64,000 bases of DNA, taken from Lingula anatina. Lineage: Eukaryota > Animalia > Brachiopoda. The stretch spans positions 5,394,001 to 5,458,000 of the forward strand of contig CM120641.1 in NCBI GenBank assembly GCA_051362555.1, written 5' to 3'. The stretch's first letter is position 1, and every line of letters begins with the position of its first letter. Positions 1 to 12,848 of this stretch are shown here, piece after piece. The notes under the pieces are model-generated. The model made no database searches. It worked only from the letters and a program-made list of their open reading frames with translations, and was not told the DNA's origin. The position numbers and the translations under genes were made by a program.

Positions 1-542
1 TGATGCATGAGAAAAGAATTCTTTCTGAAGGGTTACCTATCTATAACTAATGTGGATCCTATGCTAAATTAGAACAACTGCTTAACGATAAGGAATTGCT
101 TGAAAACGGCATATATGTTTGGCCTGTGTAAATCAATACAAGCGTAAAGGTGGGAAGTCTTTTGCATTATCATAGACCAAGGAAACGCACTGTGTTCTGT
201 CGCTTACATAGATGCCAAAGTAATTACTACTTCATAAATCAGCAAATATGTTAAAACATTAAGGATATTTCTGTTCCAGGAATTGTTAAAGATTTTCAAC
301 AGAAATAAAGATGTCATTACATTTGACTTTATGGTGTACTTATATTTCATACGCATTTACAACTTCAAAATAAAGGACTTAAACTTGTTTTATCATGTTG
401 GCAAATACATTTAGGGTCTGTGCAGTCATGCTAAAGCAGTATGTCCCCTCATTTGTTAGCTTCCCTGATCAATGTCCCTCCATTGTCCCTTTGTGTAATC
501 CAGAAACTGGCTGACCCAGGGTGATTTTATCTTCAGTTAGAG

Positions 543-575
543 CAAGGAGTTATAACAGACTGTTATAACTCCTTG
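543..575. mobile_element. 33-bp perfect palindrome with 7-bp direct flanking repeats (minimal MITE-like insertion)
   Basis: CAAGGAGTTATAACAG-A-CTGTTATAACTCCTTG, flanked by GTTAGAG at 536-542 and 576-582. Confidence 0.7.
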
Positions 576-1250
576 GTTAGAGGTATAGATTTCATGATAA
601 CAGCTCCATTCAGTTTCTTCTTTCAATTGTTTATGCTTTTGGATGTGTCATTGTGAATATCCATTTAATAAAAAAAAGTCTAGACAGAAGAAAGTGGTGA
701 TTTTAGTGCTTAATGTTTTAAGCTAATTGATTTTTAGGTATGCAATGCACAATGAGTAAATGGTAAGATGGCTCAGTTGCACTATGTAGTATTTCAAAAG
801 TTTAACATTGTTCCGCTTTTTTTTTAGTATGTGTTTCTTTTTACACCAAACAGTACAGTTACAAAAAGCATATCTGTTAAATAAGAGATGGCCCTGCCAC
901 TGACGACCATTTAACATTGAGGCTTCCAAACTGTTGGAAGCAAACTTGTAAAAGGTGGTAACCCATCCCCCCTCTCATAGCTTAATTACATGTTGGGGAC
1001 TAATCAAACTTTGAAAACTTATGTTCATGGATCCATATGCTTCTTGCACACCAGTTATAGATATCAGTATCTTTACTTTTTTGTGGGGAGTGGCTTATCG
1101 ATTGACTTTGAAATAATAATTTTCTATTGATGAATGAAAGAGAAAACAAACAGTCAATAATTATAAATTGGTTGCAATCCCCCTCCCACACATACATCAT
1201 GCCAGATTAATGTGTTTGTCATTTGTAAGAGTACACTTATTTTGTTCAAG

Positions 1251-4200
1251 GCACCACCAGCCAAGTCAGAGCAGGAGTTGCAGGAAGAGGAGGAATTGCA
1301 GCTTGCCATTGCCTTGTCCAAGAGTGAAGCAGAGAATAAGGAGAGACAGGTATGTAGGCATCGCATTCAATTAATTAGTCTCTCAAGATTGATTTCAACT
1401 TGAAAAGGTTGACTATTATAGTTTACTGGGAAGAAAATCAACTAGTTGACTGAGTAAGGGGAACATGGTTTTTGAACATCCAAGCCTATTTTGAAAACTT
1501 CATAGTAAATCAGAAAATGAAATCTTTATTTTTAAGCCTCCAGCATATTTTTCCCTTGACAAGTTTTTCTATTGACCTTATCATTGTAACTATTTTATTA
1601 ACAACACTAATTAAATATGGATATTTTTCTACTATTACACTGAATTGCAGAAGCAAAAGAAATCGGGAACTGTAAGTCTAGATACACTTTTGTTAGAATC
1701 TGCATATTTTTTTCACATCTGTGGTATGGCATGACACTTCCAAAATTGTTGTGGCCTCTATTTTTGATTTCTATTTTGCCAGAAAAACACCTTGTCATGA
1801 ATATAATATTTCTTCACATCAGGTTTGACTGTGCAGCTACTTTTTTATTTGATAAAGATGACACAGTTTAATTATTTTCTGTTCATTCTTTGGCTTTTAC
1901 TGTACAGTTAGCTCCCATATAGTGGAGATTTAAATGTCAATTAAGTTTCTAACACAACAAATGTAAGTCAGAGACATTGTTAGACAAGCACATTATCTAA
2001 TTGTCTTACTACAATAAATTAACAATAAAACAGGATATTTATGTGCAATATCACACAGTGTAATAACAACAGTGAGCTGTTAAAATATATCTTAGCTACT
2101 GAACTTGACAGATAAGATAATTTTTTCTATCCAGATGAATGAACAAATATTTCAAATTTGATTATAATTAATTTAAATAACAGTACTCTTAATTGTTGTT
2201 GATTTTTGTAAAATAATATCAGAACAATGATTTGACAACAATGATGCTATCTTTCAGCGAGACCAACTGAGAAAATCTTATGGCTATTCCGACAGTTCTT
2301 CCTCAGGCACTGGTGCTTCAAACGCCTCTTACCAACAGCCTGTTGTAAGTAAACAATTTTCTTCACAAACCCTTAACATTATCTTCTGTAGCTTTAAAAA
2401 AATAATGCAAAACATTTTTCCAAAACTACATTATAATTTTGCTGAAGTTTATGATTGATGTTTTATAAAATGTTATCTCCCTTTATGAATATTTATCGGT
2501 CCCACTGTTGCTATCTATATCAAATCAGATACATACATTAACCAAGTTGCTTTGTATACACAGTATTAATCAATCAGTCACTTGCACACTGACTCATTGT
2601 TTTGTTTTTGCTACACATTTTCAAATAGCTTTTGCTGGTTGATCACCATACAATCCTTGCTAGGACTATGTCTGATACTGGCAAGTTACAGTTAACAGTC
2701 CAGCATACTTGAAGTTGTTTTGGAGCAGTCACAACTAGACAAGCATCTGAAATTGCTCAACATGTAAACCAAAGAGGTTTCTGTGCAGTGTGGTCAGTTG
2801 TGGTTGGTCCATTTCTGATCAAAGCTGTTGGGTCAATAACACCTGGATTAATTTTCTGTTCCAGACTGTGTCGGCTCCAGTGTTTGATGCTGGTGAGATG
2901 GACCCTGAACTGGCCAGGTATCTGAACAGAAACTACTGGGAAAAGAGACAGGAAAGCAGTAGTCAGCAGGGTGGTGCTTCCTCAGCGGCCAGTGGGACAG
3001 GTGCTTCCACAGCCCAGCCCAGTGCTCCTGCCCCAGCCGCTGAACCCAAGGTGTCCAACATAGCCAAGGTGCAGGAGGTGAGAAGTTCTCCTTTTCAGTG
3101 TTCAGTAGTGTAGAATATTAGGTATTAAGGTCTGCTTCTTGCAAGTAGATCAAAAATTGAAGAAAGAAGGAAAATCAGTTATACAGAAATTTTGATTTTT
3201 GTAAGCTGCATTACAGCACAGAATGGTTTTTTTTAAAAAATGGAGAAATGAGTATGAATATTAAGTTTCCTATAGGTTAAATTTAAAGTTAATATCTGTT
3301 AAAAATAATGTATATATTATATGTTTTGTCAAAATTAACCTAAATTTTCATTTATTATCTGAAGCAATACCAGAATGGAGAGACAAATGACGAGGACCAG
3401 TTCCTGAATGCCCTGAGAAGCAGTATTGAGATCTTTGTGAATCGTATGAAGAGTGACTCCATGCGTGGCCGTAACATAGCCAATGACTCTGCTGTCCAGA
3501 CACTGTTCATGACCATCAATGCCATGCACCCTGAGCTGATGAAGCACATGAGTCAACAAGAGGATCTGAGAGGTGAGTAGATCAGCTGAGGACTGGCCCT
3601 AGGCTGTCCCAATTGTCTGTTATTTATCAGAATATAAGCTTTTTCCTTTCAAGGAATTTTGAGATTTTTAATGCAGTAAAAATTGGTCTTGTGATATGTT
3701 AAGATAAAGTTTTACATAACTTGGGTTCATGTCTGTTTTATGTATTTTGTTTATGTGAAAAATATGTATTATCATTCCTGAAATGAGTTCTTCATTGGAT
3801 CTTGCTGTATATAGTTTTTAAGGTATTTTTGTCTAACAATATCATTTGAGTAAGATTATAAAAAAGTTTAATTAGTTACATATTAAGCAGGTGAACATAG
3901 TTTTTTGATTTTTTTTTTAACCCCTTGAATAGCCCATTATGAGGCTCTTCAAGACAAGCTGACTCAGTTGAAAGAAGCAAGAGATGCACTGGATGCTCTG
4001 CGTGAGGACCACAAGGAGAAGATGAGAAGAGAGGCAGAAGAGAGGGAAAGACAAAGACAGATCCAGATGCAACAGAAATTAGAGATTATGAGACAAAAGA
4101 AACATGTGAGTATTTGTAATCTTTATACATACACGTTACTAAATGTTACAATTTAAATGTCTATTTATTATTTAAGATTTATCAAATAACTATTTTTGCA

Positions 4201-6026
4201 GTGGTGACTCAAAGCACAATTAAGTAAAAAAAGAAAGGATATTTTTTACAAAGGTTCAAAGAAACCATTACATGTCAGAGCAGAAATTCATTATGTCAAA
4301 TTTATTACCAGCATATTTGTTTTATTTTCTCCTCATGGATTCTTTTGTTTTTGAGTCTGTCACAGTTTTGCAATCATATCTTTCAGGAATATCTCGAGTA
4401 TCAGCGCCAGCTGGCACTGCAGCGTATGCAGGAACAGGATAGACTGATGAACATGAGACTTGCTCAGCAGAAACAGATGGTACAGATGAGGGAAATGCAA
4501 TATGGGCAGTTTGGACAGTATAATCAGGTAAGTCACATCACTTTTATACAGGCGCACCTACATATGTGTATATATGAGTGTTATGGGCAAGTTGTATAAC
4601 ACACACAGATACATGCATGAACATTAGTTTAAAAAATGGCACTGCTTAATACGAGTCTGCAAGAGTAGAAGCATTGGCATCCATAAATTGCTGTTTATGA
4701 ACTCCTTCCAATCACTATCATGTTTAAAATGTATGACTACAACATATTGTCTTTAACACTTGTGTTTTCAACTACTGTTATGTTATATACATATGTATTA
4801 TATGTTTTGTTAATTTCCAGCCCTATGCACAACAAGTTCCCCAGGGCTATCCTAGCAGTGGTTCAGCAGAGGGCTCCCCAGTCCACATGATGCACCACCA
4901 GCAGCAGCAGCCTGGTGCCTATGGTCAGCCCCCACCCCCACAACACATGGGTCCTGGGCCAGCACCTGGCATGGTGGGACAACCACCACACATGGGGCCT
5001 CCCGGGGGTCCTGGGGGACCTGGAGGACAAGGACCCCAACCTCCCATGGGACCTCAAGGACCTATGGGATCACAAGGTACAGATTTTGGTATTCTGACTA
5101 ACTCTACCTGTCTCAGACGAGTTTTAGGTTCTAACCACACTTGAAAACAGTTTAATTTTCTGAAAGCTAAGTTCCACATAAATAGAAAGCAATAATAGTT
5201 GCTTTGAAAAGAGCATTATATTGTCATTTGTAGAGGTATTTTACTTAATGATTTTGGTTTAACCAATACAGCTGCTCCTCCAGGCCAGCCCCCCATGGCT
5301 AACCAACCCTACAACCCAGTCAGTTCCCAGCAGATGTACACACCCCAGGGCCAGGGACTACAAGGTTACCAGGCCCAGGCTGGAATGCCACCTGCTCAGA
5401 CTGCACCAGCACCCTACCAGCAGGGTCCACCCCCACAGGGGCCCCCATCAGGATCTTACCAGCCACCACCCACTGTGGGCCAGCAGCAGCCTATGTATAC
5501 TGGCCAGCCTCCACAGTCTGTGGGTGGAGGGGCTGTGAGTGGGGGGCATGGTGCCCCCAGTCCAGTTCCCCAGGGATATGGGCATCCTGGAGGGCCAGAG
5601 TACAACTCTTATAACATGCAAAGTAAGGCCACTTGACACTATGAGCTGAAGTATGAAACAGTAACATGCACTAGAATATATACAATCTTATTATTTATAA
5701 TAAAAGGAATGAAGTTATAAAGGTGCACTAATAGTGATAGTCAAAGTAGAAAATTGACATTTAAAAGAAATAGGTATTAATTAATTAATTGTTTAATTAA
5801 TTTATTGATTGATTTATTGTTTTATTAATTAATCCTTTCCTGCTCAGGTATGGCCAATGCTTTGCCAGGCAACAACCAGGGCCAGCCCCAGGGTTACATG
5901 CCAGCCATGGGACAGTATCAGCAACCTCCACAACAACATTACCAACAAGGTGGACCTCCTCCTCAGCAACAACCACCACAACAACAGCCACAACCAAGAG
6001 AGGCAGAACTGATTTCATTTGATTAG
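1251..6026 (+). CDS. HGS: Hepatocyte growth factor-regulated tyrosine kinase substrate (Hrs, ESCRT-0), 3' portion; VHS/FYVE exons lie upstream of the window
   Basis: Nine GT-AG exons with consistent phases: 1251-1349, 2258-2344, 2865-3077, 3365-3572, 3933-4105, 4387-4527, 4821-5076, 5272-5622, 5848-6026. They encode a UIM (QEEEELQLAIALSKSEAE), DPELARYLNRNYWE, a PSAP TSG101-binding motif, the GAT/coiled coil (LQDKLTQLKEARDALDALREDH...LEIMRQKKHEYLEYQRQLALQR), a Q/P-rich tail and the C-terminal clathrin box EAELISFD*. Confidence 0.96.
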
Positions 6027-7689
6027 ACATAGATAAATATAATATAATATACTTGATGTTGTGAGACTTTAGTGAAGGGTTGCTTTTGATGGTCCACATC
6101 GTATGTGCAAGTTAACTGGTTTATATAATAGTATGTGGAACACTGTTATTATGGAAAATAATGTATGTTTATAGATTATAATTGGCACACTCCAATAAAA
6201 AGTAAAATGAAGATTATGAATTAACATTAGCAAGGTAATATTATATATGTTGGGTGTATTCTTTCTGAGAAGTAAGATTTATATTGCACTTTATATGCCA
6301 GATTGAGCACAGCATTGTGAAAAAAGGATGGCTGGTGGGAATTGTTTAATGGAATCTTTATTCTTGTGCTTTAAAAGAAACTTACCTGTCAGATTTCTAT
6401 GATTTGTGAAAATGTGGTTTTGGATTTTGCTTTTTTTCTTGGTCAGACAAAATTTTAATATTTGATTAAAATGAAGTGAAAGTTTTGGGTCTGTATTTTA
6501 ATGTGGCAGATTTTTGTATGTATGAATGTATTCATCAAGCTGGGCTCTGTTTAACATAATCACTCCAGTGTTTTGATTCAGTTAATATTTAAATTTGTTA
6601 CTACTTTGTTTAGTCAAATTCCAAATATTGGTACATCAGCTTTTCACAAATGATAGCCCACTAATAATTCAAGTTGGCACATCATAATACTACTGTGACC
6701 AGTGTGAGTAAAATGAGTGTCAGCATTATTAAAATTTAATCTCTAAACCACTCTTTAACACTGAAAAAGATGAGATAAGCTTAATTTTAGATGTTATAAA
6801 ATGTTATGGTTATTAGGCAATACTAATATGCAGCAGAATCATGGACAAACAGGACCCTGCTCAACTGATTTTGTTGTACAAGTTGCAAAATGTACACCAT
6901 ACAAAATGCCTATGAATAAACATTACAAAAGTAACTTTTATGTTTTAGTGTTGGTCATATCAGTGGCTTATTTGTGCACGCAACAACACACTCCGCTCCA
7001 CAACACGCTCCATCATAATGATAGATTGGTGTAAATTTTGGGTTACTACAAATATTTAAATGTCAAACACCTGGGCTTAGAACATTACAGATCTAAAAAG
7101 AAAATTTGACAAATGAAAAAAACTTATGTTAAACAACTATTTCACATCTCGAAAAGTGTGTTTCACAGATATTAGTCTTCCAAATATTTGGGAGATATAT
7201 TTCTGCCTCCTGAACCCCCTAATTAGATCTAGGCACCCTTGGTGCTGGCATTAGCAAGATTAAGTCCATTTTCATCTCTGCTTTCATCCAAAATATTTGC
7301 AAATTTTATTGTTTAGATAAAAGAAATTAGAAACGGCTATATTTGCAAATTGAATGTAGAACTATAAATAATACAGAGTTCAAAATGCAATAACAAATGT
7401 TTAAAGTTGATTTTGAGTCAAAAGAAAAATTAATGTGCTTGTATATAAATAAATGTAAAATTAATAGACATTCTAGGTTTAGCTGATCAATGTTCTTACA
7501 AAACTGTTGGTATTACATCCTGCCTCTTGTGTCTGTTTATATTGAATAATATCACAAGTATTTTGCATATAATTTTTTGTCTTAAAATGAACATCAATCA
7601 TCATGATCATGTCTTCATCCTCTGGATTAATGCTGTCTTTCTAAATTAATGCTGTCTCTCTAAATTAATGCTGGAATGTATAGATTTTC

Positions 7690-10600
7690 TTATTGACTGG
7701 TTTTCTTGAACAGCAATACTTTGTTATTAGCTGGCATGTCCACCTGGAAATATAAAGATCTCAAAATTTGCAAACCTCACAAAAAATACTGAGTGCACAA
7801 CAAAGTTACATTTTGAGCAATTGAGGGAAAAATTGGTAATTTTTGTTTATACTTCATCCGATCCTAATAAACAGTTGTTGGCATGGTGTCACTTAATATG
7901 ACCACATTTATGCATCTAAAACAAAATTGAAATTTTCAAGGATTTGTTAGCATTACCATTTTTTCTAAAGTCAATGCATTCTCTTTGGCTAATTTCTCCA
8001 GATCAGCAGTATCTCTTATACCCCATTCAGGACACCTGAAATGAAAATCAATCAGCTAAATTGAAGAATTTACAAGATCTGACAGTTTTACTTGATTTTT
8101 ATCATTTAAAATTACTTAGTACTCACCTATGAAATTCCATGCTGGTCAGAACATTTGTAACATTTATGACAGTCACATTTATATTAGAGATTTTAGACAC
8201 AGAATTGAGATTTTACTAGATGTGCAAGTTTTTTTTCATATTCATTCCCATGTAAGGACCCTTTACAACAAAAATTGATCTGAAATAAAAAATTCTCTAT
8301 GTCACATTTATCTATTTTACCTCTGAAAAATTTCTATCAATAGCAAAAAGGAATTATTCTTCCCAACTACCTTTCTTTAAGGCTTTGATCAAATCTCACA
8401 TTGCTTTCTGGTGTCAACATTCCATTGATCATGTAAGGCTGAAAAGAAAGATTCTTTTCTAAAATGTTCTCACATAGATATAAGCAATATATTATCACAA
8501 GCAGATCTATGATTATGTTGAGGGGGAGAAAAGTGGAACATGAGGGATAAAAGTGTTTGGTTTTCTTTGATACCATATAATTGCATGTGAAAAAAATCCA
8601 GCTAAAGGTTAAGTACCAATGTACAAATAACCTGCCTCAGTTGAAAAATTTTAATTCTTTTCTTAAAAGAAAAGAATCCTTTAAAACAACAGACAAATGG
8701 GTTAACAGTTCTTATTACTGCTTACAATTAAACTGTTAATAATTACTGACTACAAAGCAACTTTTGCATTGTATTCTACTATAAATTTGAAAAAAAAAAT
8801 TATCTTTATAAAAAAATATTGCTGTGCAACTGCGAAACTATTCCAATAAACTATGTACAGTGCTGCATAATTTCACCTGTGATATACCCAATATATTCTT
8901 ACTTAATCACATTTTTAAAAAAGCATAAGGCCAAGAATGCATCCTCAAGCTAAATTGGAAGCCAATGTAAAGGGGCATAGCAAGAGCCAAAGAACATTGT
9001 TTCATGAGGAAAATGCATATTTTAAGTAATCCAGCCACAAAATGAAAAAGAAAATACATACATAACTTACAGTAACAACTACATGTATGGCTTACCCTAG
9101 TAACCTTTTTGCAGGCTAATCCAACTTTACCTTTAACAATAAAGAATGTGAGGGGCAGGGTGGGTAAGCTGTGAAATTTTAATATTCTCGACTATTTGTC
9201 AATATTAGTGTATTGGCCAGTCAAAGAATTAAAAGAACAAAAAAGCCAGTGCAAGCAACAAGTGAGAAAAAAGTGTGCTATAAATTGACCAACCAGAGTT
9301 GCAACCTATGGTCACATGCACAAATCTTCTTGTGCACCGTATTAAATGAGACTTAATAATTTAAGTCTCCAGGTGTGGTGGACAACTGCTTCTGCAAGAA
9401 GACCCTGTAGTTATATGTACATGTTCAGTAAAAGGGTTATGGTTGCAAAACAAGACCAAAATTTTCTAAAATACTATCTGTAAAGAAAAATATTTTTAGA
9501 TATTATTAAGCTAATGATGGGGAGAAAGGTAAAGTCACTGCCCCCTGTACCCCCCCCCCCAAGCCCCAATCCTTTGTGGTATAATAAGCTATTTGATAAT
9601 CCAATTTTTGTAATTAGTATTTTTCAACAAAACATAAGATATTAATAAAAGCTTACCCCATAGGTTGCCATTATTGCACCTGGTTTAAGCAAAACTCCTG
9701 CAGCTTTAAACAAACCCTAGATAATAAAAAAATTAACTTATCCTTTCCTTTAAAAAATCTCAGCATAAAAATTTCACTTGTGTAGGTTTAATTTCTGATT
9801 ACATCTTCATGACATTTCATGGGTACATCAGGGTATGTGTATGTGTGCATGCATGTGCATGTGTATGTGTGTTTTACTGGTTAACTTAATGTGGACACTG
9901 ATGAGTAAACAATATCATTTCAATTTGCAAAACTACATATTATGTTGTAATTTCAGGTAAGATATAAACAGTTATTCGTTACCTCTGTGGCACTCCAGGG
10001 AGATATGTGAATCATGTTGATATTGACTATCAGATCACAAGACTGTGGTATCAAGCTCCCTCCTGCCCACTTGGACAGAGGCTGCGAGGCATCAATGAAC
10101 ACTGGCTGCAGCACATTCTTTGATTCTTTAGCTGCTATGTATCCTGCTATACTGTGAAGGGAAAAATCATTAAAAAAAAGTTATTTATACTAAGTTAGCT
10201 CTGAGTATGCTCAGGTTTGTGTGTTTGAGCTTCTCTGGCCAACTTGTAAAAGCAAAGTATAAAATATCAAAAAATGTTCTAATTCTAGTAATACTGTGAA
10301 ACTTATGCAAGTATTCTTTTTGTAGGGGAACTGACCATACTTAAATAAGTCACTCAAGCTCTTTGACAAAATCTTATGCATTCTGCATGATCTAACCATA
10401 AAATGTTCATTTTCATAGATATTATACTAGTACTTCCATACAATCTAGGAGTTTTGGAGCGTTTAGGACAACTCCCAAGTTGATCACTGAAAGAGATCCA
10501 TGCATTTACCTTTGTAATGAGTCTTTGTCACATTCTGATGGCTGCCATGTGACATTTGGCATGTGTTCTGCAAAATGCACTACATGTTGTCCTGGTCCTA

Positions 10601-11851
10601 GGGAAAAAAAAGAACTTCATTAAAAACATATGAAGACTGATGATGATTATCAAAATATAGAAATTGGCAATGCTAAAAAAAACAATCTTTGTGGCTATGC
10701 AATCCTCCACTCAAATGTTATTGTTTAAACACAATGCAATATAGTGCACTGTCATTAAGTAATTAAAGCATGTTATTTAAAGCACCATTATCAACTTTCT
10801 TCTCTCTTTAATTCAAAAATTTTGTTCCTGAAAAAGAAGGCACAATTTTAGTACCTGAAGCAACCTCTAGAGCAAAAAGCCTACTGTCTGAAACTAAATG
10901 TTCCTTGAGTACTTGAAGAATGTGGTCTTTGTTTCTCTCTGCTGCAGCTGACCTCATCACATTCACAGCAGCACGAGAAGACATGATTAAGCTGAAAATA
11001 TCACTGAAACTTTCACAGGAGGATACAGGATTTCACTAATGAAAAAGGGGGGAGGGGGTGGGCACTAGAACAAAACTGGATGTCAAGGTAGGTATACATA
11101 GAGATATTACATAAAGTAATTTAGACAAAAAGATTTTATGATGTGGATGCAAGATGGAAGGGAATTAGAACTGGATTGATTGCATTAAAGAATACACTGG
11201 ACCACAGGATTGCAAATATCAAAAATCTTCTGTAAAAATTAACCAACCATCCTAATTTTCTAACTCATAAATATTAAGTAAAAGAAACTAATGGTTTAGC
11301 AATAAAGGGACAAATGTTGCAAATATAAATGCCAAAGAATTAATAATATAAAAGAAAAACATACATACATGCATGAAATGATTAGAAATATTTACATTGT
11401 CTGTATGTAAAAAAGTGTATACACATGTACATAGGGAAAAAATAATACTTGGAAGCGTCCCTCAAGCCACATATTGTACTATATCTATATGTCTCTACAC
11501 TAGTACCCACCAAACATTTGCGTTATCATGGAAAGAATGAGAGGCAATAACTATATCACAAAAGTTTAATTAAGTAAAAATGAAATAAAGTTCAAATTTA
11601 AAAAAAATTAAATATCAAATCTGCTGTGGCTTATACTCAGAAAATTACCTCTAATGAATATTTCTTTAATAAAAACTTTAACTCAAGTGTTTGTATACCT
11701 GCTCATGGAATTATATCATTGGTGATTTACCTGAAGCAATTTCCAGAGCAAACAACCTTCTCTCCTGGTCACTGTGCTCTTTCAGCACTTGTAAAATTGG
11801 TCCTTTATTTTTCTCTCCTGCTGTTGTCCAGTCAGTGTTGACCACAGGCAT
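7690..11851 (-). CDS. METTL26: Methyltransferase-like 26 (DUF938 family SAM-dependent methyltransferase), isoform using distal first coding exon (212 aa)
   Basis: Exons 11851-11731, 10597-10510, 10151-9983, 9716-9657, 8438-8371, 8035-7957 and 7743-7690 splice in frame: ...[27 protein letters not shown]...[69 protein letters not shown]...VDMPANNKVLLFKKTSQ*. This matches the recognised METTL26 motifs LEVASGSGQH, WQPSD, INMxHxSP, YGPY, SNxxFD, PEWGLRD and DMPANN. Confidence 0.95.
10855..10984 (-). CDS. METTL26: Alternative (proximal) first coding exon of METTL26
   Basis: Acceptor TTTTCAG (exon starts at 10991), ATG at 10984, encodes MSSRAAVNVMRSAAAERNKDHILQVLKEHLVSDSRLFALEVAS(G), with a phase-1 GT donor at 10854. 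It is paralogous to exon 11851-11731. Confidence 0.88.
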
Positions 11852-12508
11852 GTTACACTGATTAATAAAATAGGTGAAATATGCTTTCAGTGAGGAAGAG
11901 AGAATAGCAACTTTTTAAAAAAATCTATGTACATTGTATGCATTTCTGGGGGGATGATAGCTGTGGATGCAGGTCCTTGCTTCGACAGGACAAACATTCT
12001 GTAATTAGAATAATAATAAAAATAACAATGTTTTTTTTTTTTTACAAAATAAAAGGGCTATGACATTATACTAATCACACACACACTAACACACACACAC
12101 ACACACATGCACAGGCCAACAGTGGTAGGCCTATATATATATATATATATATACCAATATATATGGGGGCATTTGTTCTTTATTTTATTTTTCAGTTAAT
12201 TTTATATTTTAGCTTAAATACATACATTGCTGATAAGTTTTTAACAATTTGCAATAAATCTTTCAATGATAAGTCATACTATTGTTTTTCCGTAGCTGTT
12301 TGTACAGTACGTGGGTAGGTTCTGCGCGTCTTCATTGTGCAAAGGCCTACATATTAATTAATAATAATGCTCACATTCTTTGCCGACTCTCCGTCTTGAT
12401 TTGCTACGTCAGGCGATGTGACCATCGACTTTTGCATTTACATGTGCATGACTTAACGCATTAAAAATGTTTGTTAACATTTTTACGAAAAATAAAAAAA
12501 ATCGTACG

Positions 12509-12579
12509 TGCGCCGCCCGGGAATCGAACCCGGGTCGCAAGAATGGGAATCTTGCATGATACCACTACACCAGCGGCGC
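12509..12579 (-). tRNA. tRNA-Gly (anticodon CCC)
   Basis: Reverse complement GCGCCGCTGGTGTAGTGGTATCATGCAAGATTCCCATTCTTGCGACCCGGGTTCGATTCCCGGGCGGCGCA (71 nt). Acceptor stem GCGCCGC/GCGGCGC, anticodon stem CAAGA/TCTTG with loop TTCCCAT, B-box GGTTCGATTCC, oligo-T Pol III terminator at about 12494-12501, and an upstream TATA-like run at about 12607-12613. Confidence 0.98.
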
Positions 12580-12848
12580 CTTTAGGTCATTGCGAGATTT
12601 TTAAAAGTATATAATAATGCTATATATCCTTATTTTTGTATATGACTCTACCGTTTACTATCCATTAAATATGACCGAAACACATTCATAGCAAATAATC
12701 ATTATTCATCAAACAATAAAACAAACGATCAACCACAAATGTCGCTATTATTCTCCAGCTAAGCGCACTCTCACCTCCAGTTGCTAAGCAGGTACCCGGA
12801 TGTGGATGCGCAAATCACTGCGCAGATTAATGTTACTGGCACGAGGAT

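Noticed and set aside
9360-9406. Possible degenerate duplicate of METTL26 exon GLFKAAG (minus strand GLLAEAV...)
   Set aside because: Similarity is limited to a few residues and there is no suitable donor.
11933-11998. Possible upstream METTL26 exon that is open in frame with the distal ATG exon
   Set aside because: The donor is weak, no in-frame start was identified and there is no homology; probably 5'UTR or chance.
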